From the NCBI RefSeq assembly GCF_028368995.1, contig NZ_JAQNDL010000001.1, positions 1,952,001-2,016,000 of the forward strand: a stretch of DNA of 64,000 nucleotides. Direction: 5' to 3'. A model generated the notes under the pieces. It did not search any database and had not been told where the DNA came from. It was given only the letters and a program-made list of their open reading frames with translations. Made by a program: the position numbers and the translations under genes. Each line of letters opens with the position of its first letter. Position 1 is the first letter of the stretch. Origin of the DNA: Nannocystis bainbridge. Lineage in GTDB: Bacteria; Myxococcota_A; Polyangia; Nannocystales; Nannocystaceae. Positions 38,398-47,340 of the stretch are shown here, piece by piece.

Positions 38398-39471
38398 ATG
38401 ACCGGGGCAGCCGTCGCGCGCGTCCTGGACCCGATCGAGCACAGCCCCGGGCTGATGGGCTTCGCCATCGGCGCGGTGGTCGGCGCCGTCGCGGTGGTGG
38501 CGATCGCCGTGGCGACGGCCGCGACCGGCGGCGCGGCGCTCATCGCCCTGGCCGCCGCGGGCGCGGTCGGAGGCGGCATCGCCGGCGAGCTGATCGCCCG
38601 CGCCTTCGGCTCCAACATCACGACCGGCGCGCTGTCGCAGGGCTACCCGGACGTGCACGTCAACAACCAGCACATCGTCGCCGTCGGCCGCAAAGCCGAG
38701 CCGTGCTGGATCCCGGTCGTGTTCCCGCACGGCGAGACCGTGGTCGTCGAGGGCAGCGGCACGGTGCTCGTCCACTGCGCCCCGGTCACGCGGGTCGGCG
38801 ATCAGCTGCTGTGCGACGCGATCGTCGGCGCCGGCTCGCCGAACGTGTTCGTCGGCGGCCCCAAGCACCGCGTCAAGGGCACGGAGAAGGGGCTGATCGA
38901 CTTCATCCTGCCGCGCCTCGGCTTCGTCCTGACGGCGACGACGATCGCGATCTACCCGGCGTCGGCGCTCGGCTCGCTGGCCGCGGTCGGGCTGTACCAG
39001 TCGGACTACGGCACCTACAAGGCGATCAACACGACCGTCGGCAACGCCCTCGGCGTCGACCCCGGGTACGCCGCGATCGGCATCGAGCTGACCCTCGGGA
39101 TGTTCGGCGGGGCGGCGGCCGGCAAGCTGCCCCGCGTCGGCTCGTGGAGCGCGACCAGCTCGGTGGCGCGGTCGCAGTCATGGCAGCGCTACCTCACCAG
39201 GAAGGCCGCCGAGGGCAAGACCCCGTGGTCGTACCAGCGGTGGTCGCAGAACTGGACCCACCTGGTCGGCAAGGAGGGCGTCAGACCGGGCGTGACGCGC
39301 AACCAGCGGGTCAACAATGTGATGACCTCGCTGATGTCGGCCGGCCCGCTCGAGCTCGGCACGCCCGACCTGCTCGGCGCGCTCAACTCGGCGTTCCAAA
39401 AGGCGATCGAAGCCAAGCCCCCCGAGGGCCACAACTGCGACACGTCGTGGCATGCTCCGGCAGGGGGATGA
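38398..39471 (+). CDS. prePAAR-TMD-PAAR-TMD T6SS effector with an unrecognised short C-terminal domain
   Basis: VARVLDPIEH prePAAR motif, hydrophobic TMD, split PAAR (GSGTVLV..PVTRVGD..C..GSPNVFVGG), second hydrophobic region. Confidence 0.82.
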   Translation: MTGAAVARVLDPIEHSPGLMGFAIGAVVGAVAVVAIAVATAATGGAALIALAAAGAVGGGIAGELIARAFGSNITTGALSQGYPDVHVNNQHIVAVGRKAEPCWIPVVFPHGETVVVEGSGTVLVHCAPVTRVGDQLLCDAIVGAGSPNVFVGGPKHRVKGTEKGLIDFILPRLGFVLTATTIAIYPASALGSLAAVGLYQSDYGTYKAINTTVGNALGVDPGYAAIGIELTLGMFGGAAAGKLPRVGSWSATSSVARSQSWQRYLTRKAAEGKTPWSYQRWSQNWTHLVGKEGVRPGVTRNQRVNNVMTSLMSAGPLELGTPDLLGALNSAFQKAIEAKPPEGHNCDTSWHAPAGG

Positions 39472-39475
39472 CGCC

Positions 39476-39940
39476 ATGCCGCACACGGACGAAGACGAGG
39501 TCGACGATCTGCTCGAGGGCTTCATCGTCGAGGCCGACCTGGCCGGACGCTGGCTCGAGCGGAATTACATGCCGCCGCGGCTGATGTTCTGGCGGCAGAA
39601 CCTCGACTTCAGCCGCGCCTCGCTGGCCAAGCTGGCGCCGATCGTGGCCCAGGTGCTGGCTGAGGGCTCGCCCGACGCGCTCGAGGAGGTGTCGCGCCGC
39701 GCCGCGCAGTACCTCGGCGAGACGATCCAGGCCCACGCCCGCTCGTTCTGGCAGCGCACCGACGGCCGCTTCGAGCTCCGCATCGAGCGCGCGACCGGAG
39801 TCGTCGACGTGCTGCCGATCGCCGAGCCGATCGCCCGCCTGCTGCTCGCCGTACGCAACGGCGACCCCAAGGCGGCCGAGCTGCTCGGGCAGGTGTTCGA
39901 CGACGCGGTGCGCGACGGCAACCCGCCGGTCGGGCGCTGA
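39476..39940 (+). CDS. Putative immunity protein
   Basis: 4 bp after the effector stop, acidic, LDFSRASL..YLGETI..W pattern as seen in DUF3806-like immunity-type proteins. Confidence 0.6.
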   Translation: MPHTDEDEVDDLLEGFIVEADLAGRWLERNYMPPRLMFWRQNLDFSRASLAKLAPIVAQVLAEGSPDALEEVSRRAAQYLGETIQAHARSFWQRTDGRFELRIERATGVVDVLPIAEPIARLLLAVRNGDPKAAELLGQVFDDAVRDGNPPVGR

Positions 39941-39972
39941 AGCTGTCCTCAGAGCCAGGCGAGGCGGTCGCC

Positions 39973-41763
39973 TCAGCGCAATGCGAGGACCAGCGCGACC
40001 AGCAATAGCAGGACCGTGTTGACGACGATCAGCGCGACCTTGACGGGCGACCTGGCCGCTTTTTCGGGCGCGGGCGCTGCCGAGGGGCTCGGCGGCCCGG
40101 AGCGCGCCGGCGGGGCCGCGGCGGGAGCGAGCGAGCGCTCGCGGTCAGGCTGGGGTTGCCCGGCGGTGAAAGAGACGGAGGGCGGCAGCAGCTCGGTGCG
40201 ATCGTTGCGCGCGCCGGACTGGCCGCTGTTGCCCATGAAGATCTCCGTGCGCGCGCCGGACTGGCCGCTGTTGCCCATGAAGATCTCGGTGCGGTCGTTG
40301 CGAACCGGCGCCGCTCCGCCGTCGCTGCGGGCCGCTGGCTTGCTGTCGACGAAGATCTCCGTGCGGGCCGCCGGCGCCGATTTGTTCTCGACGAAGATCT
40401 CCGTGCGAGCTGCCGGTTGTGACTTGTTCTCGACGAAGATCTCCGTGCGATCGCTGCGAGCTGCCGGCGGTGATTTGTTCTCGACGAAGATCTCCGTGCG
40501 AGCTACCGGCTGTGATTTGTCCTCGACGAAGATCTCCGTGCGGTCGCTACGGCCTGCCGGCGTCGCATTGGCCTCCGGCAGGAGTTCGGTCCGATCGATG
40601 CGCCCGGACGCGCTCGCGGCGGCGCTCGGGCCCGAGGCCATGCGCGCGGCGGGGACCTCCGACATGCGCAGGGCCGCCGCGCCGCGCACCGTCGACGGCA
40701 GCGGCTCGCTGCGCGGTGGGCCTGCCAGCGGGGCCGAGGGGCCGCGCAGTCGCTCGAACAGCCCTGACGTCCGCGGCTCCTCCAGCGGCGCCAGGCCGGC
40801 CGCCAGCGAGCGGACCGAGCTCGCCCCGGCGGGTGGGGCCGGCAGCGCCTGCGAGCTCCCGCCGATCGTCAGCGTCGGCGGGGCGCTCGGCGCGATCGCG
40901 GGCTTGGCAGGGCCGGCGGCCGTCGGCTTCTCGCTCGCGGCCGACTCGAGGGTCGGCGACGCGCCCGGCAAGCCCGGCGCGGGGTCGATCCCGAGCACCT
41001 CGCGCAGCGAAGCACGCAGGGCCGCCGCGTTCGGCGGGCGCGCTTCGGGCTCGACGGCCAGCGCCTGCGCGAGCAGCTCGTCGACGGCCGGCGGCACCTC
41101 CGGCACCAGCGAGCGCAGGCTCCTGGCCTGCTTCGGCGAGGGCCGCTCGCCGGCGATCATTTCAAACAAGATCACCGCCAGCGAGAACACGTCGCTGGCC
41201 GCGTCGCCCGGGCCCTTCTGCTGCTCCGGCGCGCGGTACCCCAATTCGTCGGCGCGGCCCTCGATCGGCTCGAGCTCGGCGATCCCATAGTCCAGCAGCT
41301 TGACCTGGCCCTGCGCGCCGACCGAGCAGCGCGCGCCCGTCAGCGCGCGATGAGGCAGACCGATCGTCGCCTCGACCTCCTCGAGGATCGCCGCCGCCTG
41401 TTCGCCGAGGCTCAGCGCTCGCTGCCACGGGAGTCGGCCCTCCTCGGCGCGCAGGCTGTCGAAGCTGCGGCCGAGGTCCACCTCGGCCAGGCAGTGCGGC
41501 GGCGACGGCGGCGTCTCGCTCACGCCCTGCAGCAGCGACAAGCCGGGCAGCGCCGCCGCGGTCGTCACCTCGATAAGTTGCGCGAACGAGGCCCAGGTGT
41601 CCGGCTCGCAGCGCGCGGGGTCGAAGACCACGAGGACGACCCCGCCGCCCTGCGCGTCCTGGGCGCGGAAGACCTGGGCCGGACCGTCGCCGCGGACGAA
41701 CGCGGTGAGCTTGTAACGATTGGCGATCCGATCGCCGACGCGCGGTGGGAAGCTGCCGGACAA
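39973..41763 (-). CDS. Tail-anchored Ser/Thr pseudokinase with an RTEIF repeat linker (paralog B)
   Basis: NRYKL, HRALTG, DYG, YRAPEQ and SDVFSL, 9 RTE(I/L)(F/L) motifs, C-terminal TM SPVKVALIVVNTVLLLLVALVLALR. The TTG start is uncertain. Confidence 0.85.
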   Translation of the reverse strand: MSGSFPPRVGDRIANRYKLTAFVRGDGPAQVFRAQDAQGGGVVLVVFDPARCEPDTWASFAQLIEVTTAAALPGLSLLQGVSETPPSPPHCLAEVDLGRSFDSLRAEEGRLPWQRALSLGEQAAAILEEVEATIGLPHRALTGARCSVGAQGQVKLLDYGIAELEPIEGRADELGYRAPEQQKGPGDAASDVFSLAVILFEMIAGERPSPKQARSLRSLVPEVPPAVDELLAQALAVEPEARPPNAAALRASLREVLGIDPAPGLPGASPTLESAASEKPTAAGPAKPAIAPSAPPTLTIGGSSQALPAPPAGASSVRSLAAGLAPLEEPRTSGLFERLRGPSAPLAGPPRSEPLPSTVRGAAALRMSEVPAARMASGPSAAASASGRIDRTELLPEANATPAGRSDRTEIFVEDKSQPVARTEIFVENKSPPAARSDRTEIFVENKSQPAARTEIFVENKSAPAARTEIFVDSKPAARSDGGAAPVRNDRTEIFMGNSGQSGARTEIFMGNSGQSGARNDRTELLPPSVSFTAGQPQPDRERSLAPAAAPPARSGPPSPSAAPAPEKAARSPVKVALIVVNTVLLLLVALVLALR

Positions 41764-41899
41764 GAGCGCTGTGCGACCGGAGGATAGGCCGCGGCCCGCG
41801 TGGCCGTCAACGCGAGCGGCCGCGAGCGAGGGCGCGCGTCGCCGGCCGAGCCGCGAGCGCGCACTGCTGTGATTGGTGGCAGTCGCGGGGTGAGTCACC

Positions 41900-42002
41900 C
41901 GGCGAGGCCACGAGGCCATCCGCGGACGGCGGTCCGGCGTCGCTATCGATCGCAGTCGCGGGAGAATCACTCGGCGAGGCCACGAGGCCATCCGCGGACG
42001 GC
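41900..42002. repeat. Two copies of a 31-bp direct repeat, 72 bp apart
   Basis: CGGCGAGGCCACGAGGCCATCCGCGGACGGC at 41900 and 41972. Confidence 0.85.
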
Positions 42003-42055
42003 CGCCGCGCGGAGCCTCGCACGCGTAGCCCGACGAACCGAGCGCGGTCACGCAG

Positions 42056-42289
42056 CTACTTGCGCAGTCGCCGGAGCGGCGAGGCGTCCGCGGCCAGCCA
42101 GCGCTTGCCGTCCTTGGCGAACACCGCGCTCCCCGATCGCCGCGGCTCGACCGGCGGCTCGCAGGACGAAGACTTCAACGCCGCGCGGAGCTTCCGCCGC
42201 CGGCACCGGCTGTCACGCAGCCTGTCCTGCTTCTCGCTGCTCGCCGTGGTGACCGCGACCACCGGGTGCCGCTTGTAAGAACGTGCCAT
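42056..42289 (-). CDS. Small basic hypothetical protein
   Basis: GAGG RBS. The MARSYKRHP..TTASSEKQD..R and KDGK pattern recalls an uncharacterised small-protein family (from memory, not searched). Confidence 0.6.
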   Translation of the reverse strand: MARSYKRHPVVAVTTASSEKQDRLRDSRCRRRKLRAALKSSSCEPPVEPRRSGSAVFAKDGKRWLAADASPLRRLRK

Positions 42290-42331
42290 CGGATCGCCTC
42301 TCAACATGTCCTTAGGAACATGTCCACAAGG

Positions 42332-44080
42332 TCAGCGCGACGTCGCCAGCGCGGCCGCGTCGGCGACCGGCTGCAGGACCACCCGCGCCAGCCCGCGCAG
42401 CAACGGCTCGCGGGCGATCACCCGCGCGAGCGGCGGGCTGTGGGCGTAGTAAAAGCGGACCAGGTCGACACCGGTCGGCGAGGCTTTGAGAAAATCGTCG
42501 CGGAACGCCCGCAGGGCCGCGACCTGGGCCGCCCACGGCGCGCCCCAGGCGGCGGTGGCGAGGAAGCAGAACGTGTCGACCGTCTGGAACTTCTGCGCCT
42601 CGGTGGTGATGTCCGCGGTCACCAGCGGGCTGCGGTTGGTGCACGCGTCCTCGTGGCGGACCGCGAACTGGTAGGTGTAATCGGCCCACAGCTCACCGAC
42701 CTCGACGCTCACCAGGCCCTCGGTGCGGCCCAGCTCGGCGGCGGAGAAGGTCGACTGGTGGGCCGCGCCGAGCAGCTCCTCGGTGAGCGGCGCGTTGCTG
42801 GCGATCGAGAACACGTGCACTTCCTTGAGCGCGATCGTCGGGTCGGCGGGCGGCGGCAGGCGAAAGCTGACCTGCACGCGATCGAACGACTCGCCGACCA
42901 GCGCGAGGTCCTCGATCGGCGCCAGCGCGTGGACCTGCGCGCACGAGCCCCAGCCGTCGCCGGGATCGCCGCCGGTCGTGCCGTCCGGACCGTCGGACTC
43001 GCCGCTGTCGCTGCCGCTCCCGCCGTCGCCGGTCGTGCCGCCCTCGCCCGGGCCGCCGTGCGAGTAGACGCCCCAGCGGAACGTCTCACCGTTCTTGCTC
43101 ATGAGCTTGAGGCGATCGGCGCCGCTGCCGTCGGCCGCGCTGATGGTCGGATCGGGCGGATGCAGCGCGCCGGTCGCCCCGTCCCAGTCGGCGTAGCCAG
43201 CGTAATCGACGGTGCCGCGAAAGCCCTGGGTGAACGGATCGAACGGCACGGCGTAGACCACCGAGGGCTGCCCGAGGTACTCGACGCCGTAGGCCGAGAG
43301 GTCGGGGTCGACATAATGATCGGCGTCGCGGTCGAAGCTGAAGGCCGAATTCTCGTCGGCCTCGACGCCGATCTCGAGGTAGGCCGTGAGCGGCGCCCCG
43401 GCCATCGCCTCGGGCGGCACCAGCACCGTCACGAACGCGGCCTGGTCGCCGGGCGGGGTCGCGGCCGTGACGGCGTCGAGGTCGTTGAGCGTCGCGTAGG
43501 TCTGGGTCTCCTCGGCGTCGAGCGCTGGGTCGAACGCGAGGATGTCGTTGCGCGGCGGGTACCAGCTGATGTCGCCCTCCGGATCGAACTGCCCCTTGTC
43601 CGAATTAAAGACCTTGGGCGAGGGGCAGGTCATGGTGTCGACGGCGACCGTCTCGTGCTCGGACGGCGACAGCGGCCGACAAAAGTAGGGCTCGTCCGAC
43701 GAGGTGTTCTCGTGAAAGCCGAGCGAGTCGAGGTCGCCAGGATCCTCGTCGTGAAGGATGATCTTCGGGTAGGTCTTGCCGCGCCGGTGAGCCCACACCG
43801 GCAGCACCGACACGCGCGGCCCGTACGGCGCGCGCCAGCTCGAGAGGAAGTTCCAGATCCCCGGCCGGTTGCCGATCCCGTACTTGCCGACCGCCTGGGT
43901 GACCATGACGTCCCGGACGTAATTGCCCTTGGCGTCCTCGAGCCAGATCGCAATCTGGGCGTTCTTCACCGGCGTGAAGTGAAACTCGACCAGCACCGGC
44001 TCGGCTGCTGCAGCGACGCGCACGGCCGACGTCGGCGCGAGCAGGAGCGCGGCGAGCAAGAGCGTCGGCGAGCGCGGCAC
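42332..44080 (-). CDS. Secreted protein with a DUF2271-like N-terminus, FN3-like domain and CFI-box-CTERM domain
   Basis: Signal peptide, QIAIWLEDAKGNYV, C-terminal FCFLATAAWG...LRAFRDDFL...VRFYYAHSPPLA. Confidence 0.8.
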   Translation of the reverse strand: MPRSPTLLLAALLLAPTSAVRVAAAAEPVLVEFHFTPVKNAQIAIWLEDAKGNYVRDVMVTQAVGKYGIGNRPGIWNFLSSWRAPYGPRVSVLPVWAHRRGKTYPKIILHDEDPGDLDSLGFHENTSSDEPYFCRPLSPSEHETVAVDTMTCPSPKVFNSDKGQFDPEGDISWYPPRNDILAFDPALDAEETQTYATLNDLDAVTAATPPGDQAAFVTVLVPPEAMAGAPLTAYLEIGVEADENSAFSFDRDADHYVDPDLSAYGVEYLGQPSVVYAVPFDPFTQGFRGTVDYAGYADWDGATGALHPPDPTISAADGSGADRLKLMSKNGETFRWGVYSHGGPGEGGTTGDGGSGSDSGESDGPDGTTGGDPGDGWGSCAQVHALAPIEDLALVGESFDRVQVSFRLPPPADPTIALKEVHVFSIASNAPLTEELLGAAHQSTFSAAELGRTEGLVSVEVGELWADYTYQFAVRHEDACTNRSPLVTADITTEAQKFQTVDTFCFLATAAWGAPWAAQVAALRAFRDDFLKASPTGVDLVRFYYAHSPPLARVIAREPLLRGLARVVLQPVADAAALATSR

Positions 44081-44348
44081 GCGAGGACGATAGCACAGGC
44101 CCGCGGCGGACTTCGTCGGCCGCGACGACGAGCAAGGCGGGCGTCGTGGCCAGGGCAGAGCGCCTCCCGGGTCACCCGTCGAAGGAATCCTCCGCGAGAG
44201 TCACTCGCGGCGCGCGAGGTCTCGCTCGCGAATCACTCCTCGGAGAAGATCCCGAAGCGCGAGCTCTGCACCGCATCCCGAATCATGCCCGCGAGAGTCG
44301 CTCGCGCGGCCGCGTACACGACCGTAGCGAATCACTCCGTGCGCCGCG

Positions 44349-45227
44349 TCAGAACCGCAGCGCCCATGTCACCCCGGCCGAGCGCAGCCCGAACGTCGGC
44401 GCCATGCTCATCCGCCGCTCCGCCGCGCGCCGCTTGAGCCCGACCGCCAGCAACGCCCCGCCCGCCCCGAGCAGCACCGGCGCCAGGAACACGCCGAGCG
44501 TCGCCGCCACGTCCCAAGCTTTGGCGCCGTCGTCGATCGCCTTGCACGCGCCTTGCGGGTCGTTCGGCGGACACGCGTTGGCGGGGTCGTCGAATTGCCG
44601 CTGGCCGTCGCGGACCCGCGCCAGCCCGCCAGCGAACAACCCGAGACTGGCGAGGCCGAGGCCGAGCGACACGCCGCCGCCGATCGCCAGGCCGCGCCAC
44701 GGCTTGCCTTGCTTCGGCGCGTCGACGGGCGCGCCGGGTGGCTCGCGCGGCCCCGTCACGGGCGGCTGCGGCGCTGCGGCGGCGTCGGCCGCGTCGCTGG
44801 CGGCCCGAAACCGATCGCGCGTCTCGATCACCTGGGCCGGCAGCGCCTCGCCCGGATAGGCGGCGGTGAACTGCGCGGCGTAGGCGTCGAGCACCGCCAG
44901 CCCCTCGCGCACGATGTCGAGGCCGGCGCCGTTCCGCGCCGACTTGCCGTAGGCGTCGGCGATGTAGCTGTAGACCGCCGCGCGGTTGTCCTTGTTGTCG
45001 GGCGACTCGTGGAGCCGCTCGACCGCGCCGCTCCACGTGCGCGCGGCCGACAGGTACTCGCCGCGGTTGAACTGGTCCTGCCCCTCGCGGAAGCCGCTGT
45101 CGAACTTCACGAGGTCGTCGGCCGGCGCCGGAGCGGCGCTCGTCACGGCCGGAGCGAGCGAGAGCGAAGCGCAAAGGGGCCAGACGAGGAGCGCCTGGAT
45201 GCGTCCTCGCACGCGACGAAATGCCAT
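44349..45227 (-). CDS. Secreted or membrane TPR-like protein
   Basis: Signal peptide, FREGQDQFNRGEYLSAA helix pair, C-terminal hydrophobic segments ending in F. Confidence 0.65.
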   Translation of the reverse strand: MAFRRVRGRIQALLVWPLCASLSLAPAVTSAAPAPADDLVKFDSGFREGQDQFNRGEYLSAARTWSGAVERLHESPDNKDNRAAVYSYIADAYGKSARNGAGLDIVREGLAVLDAYAAQFTAAYPGEALPAQVIETRDRFRAASDAADAAAAPQPPVTGPREPPGAPVDAPKQGKPWRGLAIGGGVSLGLGLASLGLFAGGLARVRDGQRQFDDPANACPPNDPQGACKAIDDGAKAWDVAATLGVFLAPVLLGAGGALLAVGLKRRAAERRMSMAPTFGLRSAGVTWALRF

Positions 45228-45355
45228 GCCGCGACCGTAACACGTCCCGCGGCCGCGCCTGCGCCGCGCCGCGAGCCACGATATCGCGCCGCGCATTAGT
45301 GCACCTGGTCGCCCGCGTTGCTGCTGCCCGCGCAGGGGTGGTAGAGAGCCCTGAA

Positions 45356-47206
45356 ATGGTGGCCGACCGCGACGCCCAGGTGATCGGCACGGTGCTCGAG
45401 AATCGGTACCGCGTGATCGGCCTGCTCGGCCGCGGCGGCATGGGCGACGTGTACGTCGGCGAGGACACCCGGCTGCGCCGCCGCTGCGCCCTGAAGATCC
45501 TCCACGCCAAGCTCGCCGAGGATCGCACCAGCGTCGAGCGGTTCCTGCGCGAGGCGCAGATGATCGCCTCGCTCGACCACCCCAACATCGTCGACATCTA
45601 CGCGTTCGGCGAGGAGCCGTCGGGGCTGGTGTACTTCGCGATGGAGCTGCTGCAGGGCGAGGACCTCGACGCCCGCGTGCGCCGCCGCGGCGAGCGACCG
45701 TTCACGGTCCACGAGGCCTGCGCGTGGTCCAGCCAGATCGCCCGGGCCGTCGCCTGCGTCCACGACAACGGCCTCATTCACCGCGACCTCAAGGTCTCGA
45801 ACGTGTTCCTGGCCCAGAAGCGCGACGGCGAGGAGATCTGCAAGCTGCTCGACTTCGGCATCGCCCGCGCCGAGGACGACTCCGAGCTGACCGAGACCGG
45901 CATCACGCTCGGCACGCCGAGCTACATGTCGCCGGAGCAGGTCCGCAACGCCAACCTCGACCGCCGCAGCGACATCTATTCGTTCGGGGTGGTGATGTTC
46001 AAGCTGCTGACCGGCCGCGTGCCGTTCACCGGCGAGCCGATCCAGGTCGCCATGCAGCACTGCGAGTCCGCGCCACCGGCCCCGTCGAGCCTCGCGCCCG
46101 CGGCCGGCATCTCGCCGGCGCTCGACGCCATCGTCCTCAAGGCCATGGCCAAGAGGCCAGGTGATCGCTTTCAATCGATGCAGGAGGTCGGCCTGGCGCT
46201 GGCCGAGCTGCTGCAGCGCGAGGCGCCCGCGCTCGCGCCCATCACCACTTCCAATCGGTTCTCGCGCGACTTGCAGAGCCCGGTGACGCAGCCGGGCACG
46301 AACCGGCTCGAAGACCTCGCCCGCCCCGCGACCGCGCCCACGCAAGAGGCGGCCCGCCCCGAGGCCGCGACGGCGCACGCGCCGAAGCAGCCCGTCGCCG
46401 AGGGCGCACACGAGCCGCAGCACGCCACCACCGCACCGACGGCGCCGCAGCACGCCGCGACGGCCGCGGCACACGAAGCCAGGACGCCCGTCACCACCCC
46501 CGTGCACGAGCCGCAGGCGGGCCGGTCCGCAGGCGGGCTCACGTCCGACGCCGCGACCCCGGGCGAGGGCACGCGGACCAGCCCGACCACCGCCTTCGCG
46601 CCGCCGCAGCCCCGTCGCTCGCGTCCGCTGCTCGTGCTCGCCGCGGCAGGGGTGCTCGGCGCCGCCGCCGTCGCGTTCGCGCTGACCCGCGGCGACGACC
46701 CGACGCCCGCGCAGCCGCAGCGCGTCGAGACCCCGCCGAGCGCCGCGCTCTCACCGTCTCCGCCGTCCCCTCCTCCCGCGCCCTCATCCCCGTCGGATCC
46801 GGCGCCCGAGCAGACCCCACCGAGCAACCCGCCCGCCGTCGCCTCGCCCGAGCCTTCGACGCCCGACGCCGAGCCGCCCACGCCCACGCCCGAGCAGGCC
46901 CTGCCGCCGCTCGAGCCCGAGGTCACGCCGCCCACGCCCGCGGTCGAGAAGAAGCGCGGCGTCGCCAAGCCCGCGGCGCCGGTCGACCCGCTCAAGCAGA
47001 TCGAGCGCAAGGCCCAGAAGTGTCGCAAGACCCACGGCGCGATCGAAGGGCCGAAGATCGTCATCGACTACGCGATCGGCCTCGACGGCAAAGTCACCCG
47101 CTCGGTGCCCTCGGTCCACGACGCCCTCGGCAAGTGCCTGGCCGACGCGGTGCTTTCGACCGCCTTCGAGCCGAAGATGGTCCTCGGCCGCAAGGTCTCG
47201 CTATAG
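45356..47206 (+). CDS. Transmembrane Hanks-type Ser/Thr protein kinase (catalytic motifs intact)
   Basis: LGRGGMGDVY, CALKIL, HRDLKVSN, DFG, GTPSYMSPEQ, TM and Pro-rich extracellular part. Confidence 0.95.
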   Translation: MVADRDAQVIGTVLENRYRVIGLLGRGGMGDVYVGEDTRLRRRCALKILHAKLAEDRTSVERFLREAQMIASLDHPNIVDIYAFGEEPSGLVYFAMELLQGEDLDARVRRRGERPFTVHEACAWSSQIARAVACVHDNGLIHRDLKVSNVFLAQKRDGEEICKLLDFGIARAEDDSELTETGITLGTPSYMSPEQVRNANLDRRSDIYSFGVVMFKLLTGRVPFTGEPIQVAMQHCESAPPAPSSLAPAAGISPALDAIVLKAMAKRPGDRFQSMQEVGLALAELLQREAPALAPITTSNRFSRDLQSPVTQPGTNRLEDLARPATAPTQEAARPEAATAHAPKQPVAEGAHEPQHATTAPTAPQHAATAAAHEARTPVTTPVHEPQAGRSAGGLTSDAATPGEGTRTSPTTAFAPPQPRRSRPLLVLAAAGVLGAAAVAFALTRGDDPTPAQPQRVETPPSAALSPSPPSPPPAPSSPSDPAPEQTPPSNPPAVASPEPSTPDAEPPTPTPEQALPPLEPEVTPPTPAVEKKRGVAKPAAPVDPLKQIERKAQKCRKTHGAIEGPKIVIDYAIGLDGKVTRSVPSVHDALGKCLADAVLSTAFEPKMVLGRKVSL

Positions 47207-47222
47207 GCTCGCGCGAGGCCGC

Positions 47223-47332
47223 TGTCCGCGAGGACAGGTCCGCGAGCCTGCCCCTTGCGACATGCCCTTCGAGACATGCCCCGAAGCACATGCCCTCGGG
47301 AGCATGCCCGAACGAGCATGTCCCGGAGGACA
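47223..47332. repeat. Array of 14-bp TG..CA units between convergent genes
   Basis: TGTCCGCGAGGACA at 47223, then six abutting units at 47249-47332. Confidence 0.88.
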
Positions 47333-47340
47333 GGCCGCCC

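Noticed and set aside
45356-47206. This kinase as the cognate activator of the pseudokinases
   Set aside because: Only proximity (~3.6 kb) supports it, and myxobacteria encode many such kinases.
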